Positions 1 through 8,729 of a stretch of DNA of 64,000 bases are shown here, piece by piece (the first letter of the stretch is position 1; each line of letters opens with the position of its first letter). The notes beneath the pieces were generated by a model that made no database searches, was not told where the DNA came from, and was given only the letters and a program-made list of their open reading frames with translations. The position numbers were made by a program, and so were the translations under genes. This DNA is from Clostridia bacterium (GTDB taxonomy: Bacteria; Bacillota; Clostridia; Oscillospirales; CAG-272): positions 43,171-107,170 of the forward strand of contig JAFTXX010000003.1 in assembly GCA_017461475.1 (NCBI GenBank). Direction: 5' to 3'.

Positions 1-1
1 C

Positions 2-3000
2 GGACCCGAAAGCGCGGACCTTCCCGCCGACCTTGACTCAAACATAACCATAAACAGCGGTACATTTTATAAGGTCTGCGGCTTCTCCCGCAACAAGGGC
101 GTTGCAACGATGACCTACACGGGCACCTCGCACATCACTGTAAACGACGGCACTGTCGGTGAGATTTACGGCGGCTCCCTCGTCAATCACTACGGCGGCA
201 GCACCGAAATCACCGTAAACGGCGGTACCGTTTCGGTAATCAACGCAGGCGGCGACGCAACCCGTCAACTTCTCGGCAACGCGAAAGTTACAATAAACGG
301 CGGCGTTGCAGGTACACTCAATGTCAACAACGTTGTCGGCAATGCCGATGTATACCTCATCGGCGGCAAACTCGGCACCGCCAGTATAACATACGCAAAC
401 GACAACATCAAAAAGAGTGCGGAAAAAGCGCTCTCCACGAAGACTGTCTACTGCGATTCAAGTCTGTTCGGCACTTCGCAGATAGAAACTTTCAAGGGGA
501 TTTTCGACAAGTACGAAAATCTCGCCAAGGTTTATGTAGCCGCGGGCGGCACGGGCGACGGTTCAAACTCCGCAAGTCCCCTCGGTACTCTCGCCGCAGG
601 CTATGACGCACTGCACGAAACAGGCGGCACGGTATATGTCGTCGGCAGTGTGCCTTTCGGCGACATAATGAGTTACAAAAAAGCCGAGGAAACCGTCACA
701 TTTGAAGGTGTTGACGGCGGCGAAATCGTTTTCGGCGCGGGAACATTTGCATTTGAGGGCAACGTAACCTTTAAAAATGTGCGCATTTCCTCAACAGGTG
801 CGCTCACACTTGCGGCGCAGAACGGCGAACTTACAATAGGAGAGGGAACCGTCACTTCCTACACGGGATTTGAACTTGCGGGAGTTGGCTCTGAGTCATC
901 CCTCACCGTAAAGGCGGGCAGTATTGCAAACATTACCGTCGGTATGTCGGGCAGCGGCACGCATAACCTCTCGGTTCTCGGCGGCGCGATAGGCAATGTC
1001 ACCGTTACACAGAGCGGCTCGGTTGCAGGTGCCGAAATCGTTGTTTCGGGCGGTAGCATAAACAACCTCACTGTCGGCGCAAACAGCGTAAGCAAAAAAC
1101 TTGTGCTTCGTCTGCGCGGCGGCAATATTGCAAGCGTTACTGTTGGCGCACTCACTGCAGAAGTGCTTTGTGATATCGAAAGCGCGAGAATTGAAAAGTT
1201 TACGATAACTTCTCAGCTTGAAAACGGCTCGCTCATGTACGGCGACAACTCGGATATGACGCTTATAAATTCCATCTCGCAAAAGTTTGGCGAACAGATA
1301 AGCGCAAACCTTGTTTACCTCGCAGACGGCGGTGCGGGCGACGGTTCAAGCCCGTCAAGCGCACTCGGCGACTTAAGCGCCGCAATAAGCGCACTTGGCG
1401 GCGAGGACGGCACGGTTGTAATCTGCGGTACGTACACAATTGACAGCGCATATACCGTGAAAAACCACACGGGCAAGGTAACAATTACTTCATATGATTA
1501 TATAACCGACTACCGTGAAAGCGGAGCGGCGATAGTAATGAGCGCGGCTCTTACCCTCGGCGGCGAAACCGTATTTGAAAAGGTCAACTTCAAAGCGGCG
1601 GCGGCAACGCTGATTTATGCAAAGGGCAGTCCGCTCACAATTGAGGAAGACGTTAACTGCGAACTCACAAACAGCAATACGTCTTACATCGGTCTCGTCG
1701 GCGGTCACAACAACCTGCTTGCGTCAAAGACTGTAAGCGTCACCGTCAAGAGCGGCGACTGGGGTTCGCTCCGCGGCGGTTATAACTCCACAAAACTTAT
1801 CGCCGACGGGCTAAAGCACAACGTTACAATAAGAGGCGGCACATTCCACAGTTATGTTGCACTCGGCTCGCGCGGCAACACCTCGGGAACTATCAATGCA
1901 GACATCAGCGGCGGTACATTCCTCTGCGGCTTGTATGCGCTCTATGAGGAAGACAGCGCAGGTTACAGTCTAAACTACAATGTCACCGTCAGCATCACGG
2001 GCGGCGACTTCCAGGGCATCATTGCTCCCGCAAAGGATTTTGATACCGAGCTTCACGGCTCGTACACTCTGAACCTTGACGGCGGCGAATTTATGCACCT
2101 CACCGACATTCTCGGAACCGAAGTGTTTGCGGGTGACATGACAAGCAAACTCAATATAGGAAACAACATCAACCTCGACGAGGAAGAGACGGGCACGACT
2201 TCGTTTACAAACCCCATCCGTTACAACAACGCCGACCCTAACCTTTTCTACTACGACGGTTTCTATTACTACACATGTACGGGTTCGACCACGATAGGTA
2301 TTATCAAGGCGGCAAACCTTGCCGATATCAAGACCACAACTGCATACACCATTCTCGAGGAGACAGGCGGTATGAACCTCTGGTCGCCCGAAATCTGGTA
2401 CTTCACGGCTGAGGACGTGGGCGAAGAAAACGCGGGATGGTACATGTTCATCTCGTTTGACGACGGCACCACCGCAAATCAGCGTATGCACGTTGTAAAA
2501 TGCCTTGACGGCGACAATCTGCTCGGCACATGGGGCGATCCTGTCACGGGTGAACCCAACAAGCCGCGCAAGATAGTTTTCCCCGATGCTCCTTCTATCA
2601 ATGTTGAAAGCCTTTGCGGCGGTATGTCGGTGAGCAGGATAAACGGCAAGACCTACATCACCTATATCGGCGAGGCAGACCGCGGAACGTCAAACTTCCA
2701 CCAGACGGTCAATATCTGCGATTTTGACAATCCGTGGACGATGAAGGGCGTTCCCACCACCATTTGCGTTCCTACCGAGGAGTGGGAAATGGGCGGTTAC
2801 GGTCAGGATAAAAACGGTAACTGGTACCCGAAAGTTGTTGAGGGCGCGGCGGCTGTTTACGGCGATAACGGCGAGTATTACCTCATGTACACGGGCAGCG
2901 GCTACTGGACTGTTTACTATCAGTTAAGTTACTTAAAGTTTAAAGGCGGCGACCCGCTCAACTCATCCAACTGGGAAAAGTACGGCAAGCCTATCTTCGC

Positions 3001-3832
3001 ACGTTCAAGCGAAGTTAACGGCTGCGGACACGCGTCCTACATCACCGACCCGTTCGGCACCAAGTGGGCGGCATACCACGGCTACCTCGGTCCCGACGCA
3101 TCCGACCGCCGTTGGTCTCACTTTGAGCCTATGACCGTTGACGCAAACGGCGTTACCATAGGTAACGGCAGCGGCATGCCAAACAGCCTTGACACCGTTT
3201 ACACAGTGCAGGCAAATCCCATGCCCGTCCGCGAGAAGATAAGCGGTTTTGATACCACCAATGCAGGCGCGTTTATGCCTGCACGCACATATGAAGACCA
3301 ATTTACCGACGTTACCGCGGACAAGTGGTTCTACGAATATGTGAAACTTGCATACGAATACGCGCTTGCAAACGGTACTTCGGCGACTAAGTTTTCACCC
3401 GATAACAAGTTTACCGTAGCGCAGGCACTTACCGCGGCGGCAAACATCCACACCGCATATTACGGAAAGACCGTCCGCGCGGCGGCTTCGGGCGAAAGTT
3501 GGTACACACCTTACGTTGAATATTGCGTGGAAAACGGCATTATCACAAGTACGCAGTTTGGCGACTTCAATAAAAATATCACCCGCGGCGAAATGGCGCA
3601 AGTCTTTGCAAATATCCTTCCCGAGGGCGAGTACGCGGCTACCCGAAGCGGTTCAAACCCCGATGTCACAAGTGAAATGGCTTGTTACAGCGCGGTTCAG
3701 AAACTTTATAATGCGGGTATCGTAGGCGGCGACGCGGGAACAGGCAACTATCGTCCAAACGACGAGATAGTGCGCTCGGAGGCATGCGTAATCTTCACCC
3801 GCATAGCGGCTCCTTCAAAAAGAATAAAGTAA
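2..3832 (+). CDS. Large cell-surface protein, 5'-truncated by the window edge: Gly-rich beta-helix-like repeats + GH43-like module + C-terminal SLH-like wall anchor
   Basis: The frame of the listed ORF (110..3832) stays open back to nt 2, so the gene starts upstream of the window. It has repeated ..GG(T/S)..I(T/N)VNGG.. units. Nt ~2207-3150 encode GH43-type motifs (NADPNLFYYDGFYYY, WSPEIWYF, VVEGAAAV). The last ~180 aa are FTDV..W..YV-type SLH-like modules. Confidence 0.8.
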   Translation, partial: GPESADLPADLDSNITINSGTFYKVCGFSRNKGVATMTYTGTSHITVNDGTVGEIYGGSLVNHYGGSTEITVNGGTVSVINAGGDATRQLLGNAKVTINGGVAGTLNVNNVVGNADVYLIGGKLGTASITYANDNIKKSAEKALSTKTVYCDSSLFGTSQIETFKGIFDKYENLAKVYVAAGGTGDGSNSASPLGTLAAGYDALHETGGTVYVVGSVPFGDIMSYKKAEETVTFEGVDGGEIVFGAGTFAFEGNVTFKNVRISSTGALTLAAQNGELTIGEGTVTSYTGFELAGVGSESSLTVKAGSIANITVGMSGSGTHNLSVLGGAIGNVTVTQSGSVAGAEIVVSGGSINNLTVGANSVSKKLVLRLRGGNIASVTVGALTAEVLCDIESARIEKFTITSQLENGSLMYGDNSDMTLINSISQKFGEQISANLVYLADGGAGDGSSPSSALGDLSAAISALGGEDGTVVICGTYTIDSAYTVKNHTGKVTITSYDYITDYRESGAAIVMSAALTLGGETVFEKVNFKAAAATLIYAKGSPLTIEEDVNCELTNSNTSYIGLVGGHNNLLASKTVSVTVKSGDWGSLRGGYNSTKLIADGLKHNVTIRGGTFHSYVALGSRGNTSGTINADISGGTFLCGLYALYEEDSAGYSLNYNVTVSITGGDFQGIIAPAKDFDTELHGSYTLNLDGGEFMHLTDILGTEVFAGDMTSKLNIGNNINLDEEETGTTSFTNPIRYNNADPNLFYYDGFYYYTCTGSTTIGIIKAANLADIKTTTAYTILEETGGMNLWSPEIWYFTAEDVGEENAGWYMFISFDDGTTANQRMHVVKCLDGDNLLGTWGDPVTGEPNKPRKIVFPDAPSINVESLCGGMSVSRINGKTYITYIGEADRGTSNFHQTVNICDFDNPWTMKGVPTTICVPTEEWEMGGYGQDKNGNWYPKVVEGAAAVYGDNGEYYLMYTGSGYWTVYYQLSYLKFKGGDPLNSSNWEKYGKPIFARSSEVNGCGHASYITDPFGTKWAAYHGYLGPDASDRRWSHFEPMTVDANGVTIGNGSGMPNSLDTVYTVQANPMPVREKISGFDTTNAGAFMPARTYEDQFTDVTADKWFYEYVKLAYEYALANGTSATKFSPDNKFTVAQALTAAANIHTAYYGKTVRAAASGESWYTPYVEYCVENGIITSTQFGDFNKNITRGEMAQVFANILPEGEYAATRSGSNPDVTSEMACYSAVQKLYNAGIVGGDAGTGNYRPNDEIVRSEACVIFTRIAAPSKRIK
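3287..3832 (+). repeat. Copy 1 of a ~545-bp duplicated anchor-coding cassette
   Basis: Nucleotide and protein similarity to 5361..5906. Long identical runs, e.g. tctcccgataacaagtttaccgtagcgcaggcact and gcggttcagaaactttataa. Confidence 0.8.
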
Positions 3833-3845
3833 CAGGAGAAACAGA

Positions 3846-5906
3846 ATGAAAAAAAGAGTTCTTACCTTATTAGCGGCGGCAACACTCTTTGCACTAATAT
3901 TCTGCGTATCTGCTTTCGCATCCGACGCGGTGGTTATTACCACCGCCGAGGAACTGACAAGCATTATGCAGGACTCGGAAAAGTGGTCGGGCGACTACAA
4001 ACTTGGTGCCGACATCAATATGAGCGGTCACACACAGCGTGCCATCGGCTCTTATTCCGTGCCGTTTAGCGGCACTTTTGACGGCGACGGACACACCGTC
4101 AAGGGACTCAACATCCGCACAAGCGGCGCCGCGGGTCTCTTCGGAGTTGTAAGCGGTACCGTCAAAAACATTACCGTAGACGGCGCGGTTACCAATACCT
4201 TTGACGCAAGCAGCGCCGAGACCAAAATCGAGGGCAAATACCCCGGCACGGGCGGTATTGCGGGTGTGCTTCTTTCGGGCGCGGTACTTGAAAATTGCAC
4301 AAACTACGCCGAGATCACAGGCCCCGGCAACTGCGGCGGCGTAGTCGGTGTTGTGTATAACTTCAGTTATGATACTGTTACCGTTACAAACTGCAAAAAC
4401 TACGGCACACTTTACTCAAGCGCGGGTAACTGCGGCGGCGTATTCGGCAGAATTTATGTTTCCACCGCGGCATATCCCGCGGTAACAGTCAAGGGCTGTG
4501 AAAACCACGCGGCGCAGACTTTAAGCGTTGATAACCGCAACCGTCTCGGCGGTATCGTCGGTTATGTGCGCTCCGAGGCGGGCGTTGTAATCATTGAAGA
4601 CTGCAAAAACACCGCCGATATCACCGCCGAAAACGTCGGCGAAGCGGTAAGCAACGATTACCCCTATGCGGGCGGCGTTGTTGCAAGAATAGAGGCGGTA
4701 AGCGACCAGTCTTCCGCCGTAAGAGTTCTCAAATGCGCAAACTCGGGTAAGGTTACAAGCGGCAAGTACGCGGGCGGTGTGGTCACCTACATTCAGCGTG
4801 CCGATGTTGCTACCGAAAATGTTACCGACATTTCCGAGTGTATAAACACAGGTGCAGTCACTGCCCCCCGTTTTGTCGGCGGTATCATCGCCTACACTGA
4901 GAATAAGTGTGCGGCGGCAACCTACTCGGGCGTATACAACTCTGCAAACTACGGCACTGTCACAGGTGAATACTGCGGTGCGGGAATCTGCGGCCGCCAG
5001 TACGGTTTCTTCGTTGAAAATTGCTATAGCGCGGGCACCGTCAGCGGTACCACCAACACAGGCTCTCTTGTAGGAATGGCGGAAGGCGCTATCTACTGCG
5101 AAACCGACGCGTGCTATTACCTCGATACTTCGCATGCAAAGGCGGTAGGCAAGAGCGGTACACTTTGCATAGAACTTGCCAAAGTTCCCGTTTCTGCGGA
5201 GCAAGCAAAGAACGCATCCGCGTTCAGCGAACTCGATTTTGAAAACATCTGGACAATAGGTGAAAACGGCCCCACTCTCAAAATGCTCACGGGCGAAAGC
5301 AATTCTTCAGGTCTCGTAGGCAAGGACGACGAACCTAAATCTCCTTTTGTGCAGACACGCACATATGAGGGACAGTTCACCGACGTTACCGAGGACAAGT
5401 GGTTCCATAAGTACGTCAAGACTGCGTACGAGTACGCACTCGCAAACGGTACATCGGCAAATAAGTTCTCCCCCGATAACAAGTTTACCGTAGCGCAGGC
5501 ACTCACCGCGGCGGCAAACATCCACTGCGTATACTACGGCAAGACCGTCCGCGCGGCATACACGGGCGAAAACTGGTACGACCCCTACGTTTCCTACTGC
5601 ATCGATAACGGTATCATCCGCTACGGCATGTTCACCGATTATAACAAGAACATCACCCGCGGTGAAATGGCAATTGTATTTGCAAGCATTCTTCCCGACA
5701 GCGAGTACGCTCAAACCCGCACGGGCTCAAATCCCGATGTTACAAGCGACATGACCTGCTACAGCGCGGTTCAGAAACTTTATAACGCGGGAATAGTAGG
5801 CGGCGATGCGGGAACGGGCAACTACAGACCGAATGATGAAATAGTTCGCTCCGAGGCATGCGTAATCTTTACAAGAATAGCGCTCGCTGACGAGAGAATT
5901 AAATAA
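3846..5906 (+). CDS. Secreted surface protein with GLUG-like (GLFG / GG(I/V)(A/V)G) beta-helix repeats and a C-terminal SLH-like anchor
   Basis: AGGAGA RBS and signal peptide MKKRVLTLLAAATLFALIFCVSAFA. Recurring GGIAG/GGVVG/GGIVG units. The C-terminal ~180 aa are about four-fifths identical (by eye) to the C-terminus of the upstream gene. Confidence 0.85.
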   Translation: MKKRVLTLLAAATLFALIFCVSAFASDAVVITTAEELTSIMQDSEKWSGDYKLGADINMSGHTQRAIGSYSVPFSGTFDGDGHTVKGLNIRTSGAAGLFGVVSGTVKNITVDGAVTNTFDASSAETKIEGKYPGTGGIAGVLLSGAVLENCTNYAEITGPGNCGGVVGVVYNFSYDTVTVTNCKNYGTLYSSAGNCGGVFGRIYVSTAAYPAVTVKGCENHAAQTLSVDNRNRLGGIVGYVRSEAGVVIIEDCKNTADITAENVGEAVSNDYPYAGGVVARIEAVSDQSSAVRVLKCANSGKVTSGKYAGGVVTYIQRADVATENVTDISECINTGAVTAPRFVGGIIAYTENKCAAATYSGVYNSANYGTVTGEYCGAGICGRQYGFFVENCYSAGTVSGTTNTGSLVGMAEGAIYCETDACYYLDTSHAKAVGKSGTLCIELAKVPVSAEQAKNASAFSELDFENIWTIGENGPTLKMLTGESNSSGLVGKDDEPKSPFVQTRTYEGQFTDVTEDKWFHKYVKTAYEYALANGTSANKFSPDNKFTVAQALTAAANIHCVYYGKTVRAAYTGENWYDPYVSYCIDNGIIRYGMFTDYNKNITRGEMAIVFASILPDSEYAQTRTGSNPDVTSDMTCYSAVQKLYNAGIVGGDAGTGNYRPNDEIVRSEACVIFTRIALADERIK
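5361..5906 (+). repeat. Copy 2 of the duplicated anchor-coding cassette
   Basis: See copy 1. Both copies end ...RPNDEIVRSEACVIFTRIA....RIK*. Confidence 0.8.
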
Positions 5907-5935
5907 ATTCAATCAAATCTTTGGAGGGACTTACA

Positions 5936-7591
5936 ATGAAAAAGTATTTTATTTCTGCTTTCGCAGTCATGCTCCTCGCAGTCGCACTTTGCGTAAGCGC
6001 ATTTGCCGCCGACATTACCGTCGGCACCGCCGATGAACTCGTCGCGGTGATGAACAGTGTTGACGCATGGCGTGACAATATCACTCTTACCGCCGACATT
6101 GACCTCAGCGGCAAAGAGCAGACCCCCATCGGCACATACGACAATCCCTACAGCGGCACATTTGACGGCGCAGGCTTCACCGTAAGCGGCGTTGACATCA
6201 CAAGTGACGCGCTCGGCGTCGGACTCTTCGGCGTTATCGAGGGCGCAACCGTCAAAAACCTCACCGTGGAAGGCAATGTTACAAGCACTTTTGTCGCAGA
6301 GAGCGCGGAAACCAAGGTTGACGGTCTCTACAGTGCGACAGGCGGCGCCGTAGGCGTTGTGCTCACAGGCTCGACACTTGAAAACATCACAGGCAACGTA
6401 ACCGTTGCAGGTCCCTGCAACACCGGTGGCGTTGTAGGTATCATCTACAACTTCGACGAAACCCCCGTTACCGCATCCGCACTTGTAAACAACGGCACAG
6501 TTACCCCCTCTCTCGGCAACTGCGGCGGTGTATTCGGCAGAATTTACGTTAAGAGTTCCGCAAAAGTTGCGGCAACCGTTGACGGATGCGTAAACTACGC
6601 GGATGTAACTTCCTCTTCCGAGGACCGTAACCGTCTCGGCGGCGTTGTAGGCTATGTAAGAAGCGAAATGGGCGTTATCGAAATCAAGAACTGCCGCAAC
6701 GAGGGCACAATTACCGGTTCCAACTCCTCTGACTCGGGCTCCAACATCCCTTACGTGGGCGGTATCGTAGGCAGAGCGGAGAATGCCACGGGTGAGACCG
6801 CGGCACTTCAGGTAACCGACTGCGTAAACACAGGCAGAATTGACAGCACAAGATGCGGCGCGGGCATCGTTACATATTTCAGTTGCGGCGCAACCTGCAT
6901 TCTTGAACCCACTTATGTAAGCGGCTGTGTAAACACCGGCAAAGTAACAGGTTCTTACTACAACGGCGGTATCGTTGCATACACCGAGTGCGTTATTCCC
7001 GCGGCAGACGAGAGCGGCAATGCAATCGTAAATCCTGCTATTAAGGGTAACCTCAATGTAGGCGTAGTTGAAATGGGCGCTTGCTCGGGCGGCATTATCG
7101 GCAGAGTTAAAAATGTTGCCGTAGAGAATAACGTAACTCTCGAAAACATGGTATTCAAAGTATGGCAGACCGACGGCGGTGACCACTCCGTATTTGCAGA
7201 TAACTACTACATGGAAGGTACTTCCATGCTTGGTATCGTTGCTACAAACGACGTAGCAGTTAAGCACGCGGATGTTGCAAATCAGGCATCTTACGCAACT
7301 CTCGATTTTGAGAACGCATGGGTAATGGGCGATGTCTGCCCCATGCCTAAGAACCTCGCTGCAGAACCCGTAACCGTCAGCGCACCTATTGACGTTACAA
7401 GCATTATCCAGAACGCGGCAAAGGACGATGACATCTTCGTAACCGAGGAAGTCGCAGAAACCACCGCGGCAAGCGAAATTCTTATTGACAACGGCGGCGA
7501 GAGCGGCACGAACCCCGCGATTATCGTTGTAATTGTTTTGGTTATTGTTGTTATCGGCGTTGTAATCGTAATAGTTAAGAAAAAGAAGTAA
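5936..7591 (+). CDS. Paralog of the preceding GLUG-like surface protein, ending in a hydrophobic transmembrane anchor instead of the SLH-like anchor
   Basis: GGAGGG RBS 7 nt before the ATG at 5936 (the track start at 5921 is a TTG). Signal peptide MKKYFISAFAVMLLAVALCVSAFA. The N-terminal half aligns with the 3846 gene (YSGTFDG.G.TV.G, GLFGV..G.TVKN.TV.G). C-terminus is IIVVIVLVIVVIGVVIVIVKKKK. Confidence 0.85.
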   Translation: MKKYFISAFAVMLLAVALCVSAFAADITVGTADELVAVMNSVDAWRDNITLTADIDLSGKEQTPIGTYDNPYSGTFDGAGFTVSGVDITSDALGVGLFGVIEGATVKNLTVEGNVTSTFVAESAETKVDGLYSATGGAVGVVLTGSTLENITGNVTVAGPCNTGGVVGIIYNFDETPVTASALVNNGTVTPSLGNCGGVFGRIYVKSSAKVAATVDGCVNYADVTSSSEDRNRLGGVVGYVRSEMGVIEIKNCRNEGTITGSNSSDSGSNIPYVGGIVGRAENATGETAALQVTDCVNTGRIDSTRCGAGIVTYFSCGATCILEPTYVSGCVNTGKVTGSYYNGGIVAYTECVIPAADESGNAIVNPAIKGNLNVGVVEMGACSGGIIGRVKNVAVENNVTLENMVFKVWQTDGGDHSVFADNYYMEGTSMLGIVATNDVAVKHADVANQASYATLDFENAWVMGDVCPMPKNLAAEPVTVSAPIDVTSIIQNAAKDDDIFVTEEVAETTAASEILIDNGGESGTNPAIIVVIVLVIVVIGVVIVIVKKKK

Positions 7592-7621
7592 ACAATTTTA
7601 ATTCCAAAAGGAGATACAAAA

Positions 7622-8389
7622 ATGGAATTTCAACCAATGAATTTTGATTTTAGCGGCAAGACCGCCATCATCACAGGCGCAGGCAGCGGCATGGGTAAAC
7701 TCGCAAGCGAGCGTTTTGCCGCAATGGGCGCAAACGTTGTGCTTTGCGACGTAAACCTTGAAACCGCCGAGGCGGCTGTCGAGGGCATCAGAGCGAACGG
7801 CGGCAAAGCTATCGCCGTTGCGGTTGATGTCCGCAGTTTCGAGCAGATCGAGGCGGCAAAGAACAAGACAATGGAGACTTTCGGCTCTATCGACATTCTT
7901 GTTAACTTTGCAGGCGGCGCATCCTGCCGTATCAAGCAGGTTAAAGAGCAGTTCAAGGATTACCCCGTAGACGTACTCGACTGGGGTATCGATGTTAACC
8001 TCAAGGGCCCGCTTTATTTCACCAGAAGTGTCATCGGTCAGATGATCGAGCAGAAGAGCGGCGTTATCATTTACCTCGGCTCAATAGTAGGTTCCGAGGG
8101 CGGCGGAGGAATGTCCCTTGACTACAGCGTTGCAAAGAGCGGCCTTATGACAGGTATGGTCAAGTCCATTGCACAGTACGGCGCACAGCACGGTATCCGC
8201 GCGGTATGCGTATCTCCCGGCCCCGTCCTCACAAGAGAGGCAATGGCAAAGATGAAGACCCTTATAGGCAGAGCCGCAGAACCGATTGAGGTAGTAAACC
8301 TTATCACCTACCTTGCAAGCGAGCAGGCAGGTTCCATTACGGGCGTAAACATCCCGATAGACGGCGGCAGAAGCGCAATGAAAGTATAA
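7622..8389 (+). CDS. SDR-family oxidoreductase (short-chain dehydrogenase/reductase)
   Basis: GGAG RBS. TGAGSGMG cofactor motif near the N-terminus. YSVAKSG matches the catalytic YxxxK. Typical length of 255 aa. Confidence 0.9.
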   Translation: MEFQPMNFDFSGKTAIITGAGSGMGKLASERFAAMGANVVLCDVNLETAEAAVEGIRANGGKAIAVAVDVRSFEQIEAAKNKTMETFGSIDILVNFAGGASCRIKQVKEQFKDYPVDVLDWGIDVNLKGPLYFTRSVIGQMIEQKSGVIIYLGSIVGSEGGGGMSLDYSVAKSGLMTGMVKSIAQYGAQHGIRAVCVSPGPVLTREAMAKMKTLIGRAAEPIEVVNLITYLASEQAGSITGVNIPIDGGRSAMKV

Positions 8390-8396
8390 AAATAAA

Positions 8397-8424
8397 CAAA
8401 AAGCGCCCTCGTGGCGCTTTTTGT
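8397..8424 (+). terminator. Rho-independent terminator after the SDR gene
   Basis: aagcgcc-ctcgt-ggcgctt hairpin followed by tttttg. Confidence 0.75.
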
Positions 8425-8440
8425 TTAGCATGGACAGAGT

Positions 8441-8684
8441 AAATTAATGTTTATGTTACAAACATCTCCGCCCGAGATCGCAACGCTGACGCTCAAGGAT
8501 GACAAGGGGCGGGATTTAGCAAAGTGCTTTAGTTGCCTTATTTTATAGCATTGCAACAACCCCCGCCTGTCATCCTCGAACGGAGCACAAGGAACCGAAG
8601 GTTCCTGCCATACTCGCAAAGCGAGTATGGGCGGAGTGAAGGATCTTGCGGGGAGATGTTTGCTTATATGCTAAACATTAATTT
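8441..8684. repeat. Long imperfect palindromic intergenic element, copy A (MITE-like; no coding capacity seen)
   Basis: Terminal inverted repeats aaacatctccgcccgagatc / gatcttgcggggagatgttt. Inner inverted repeat ctcaaggatgacaaggggcggg / cccgcctgtcatcctcgaac. Outer arms aaattaatgttta / taaacattaattt. A second copy lies at 10800..10955. Confidence 0.75.
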
Positions 8685-8729
8685 CTCATCTTTACTTTCT
8701 ATTGCCAAAGTGCTAAAATATCCATAGAG

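Noticed and set aside
5909-7267. 452-aa ORF on the minus strand
   Set aside because: It is fully antisense to the well-supported 5936..7591 surface-protein gene. It has no RBS and a low-complexity Ala/Val/Cys-rich translation typical of a shadow ORF opposite GC3-biased coding DNA.
8425-8727. Two 64-aa ORFs (8425..8619 minus, 8533..8727 plus)
   Set aside because: Both are translations of palindromic element A. The equivalent element at 10800 has no conserved ORF.
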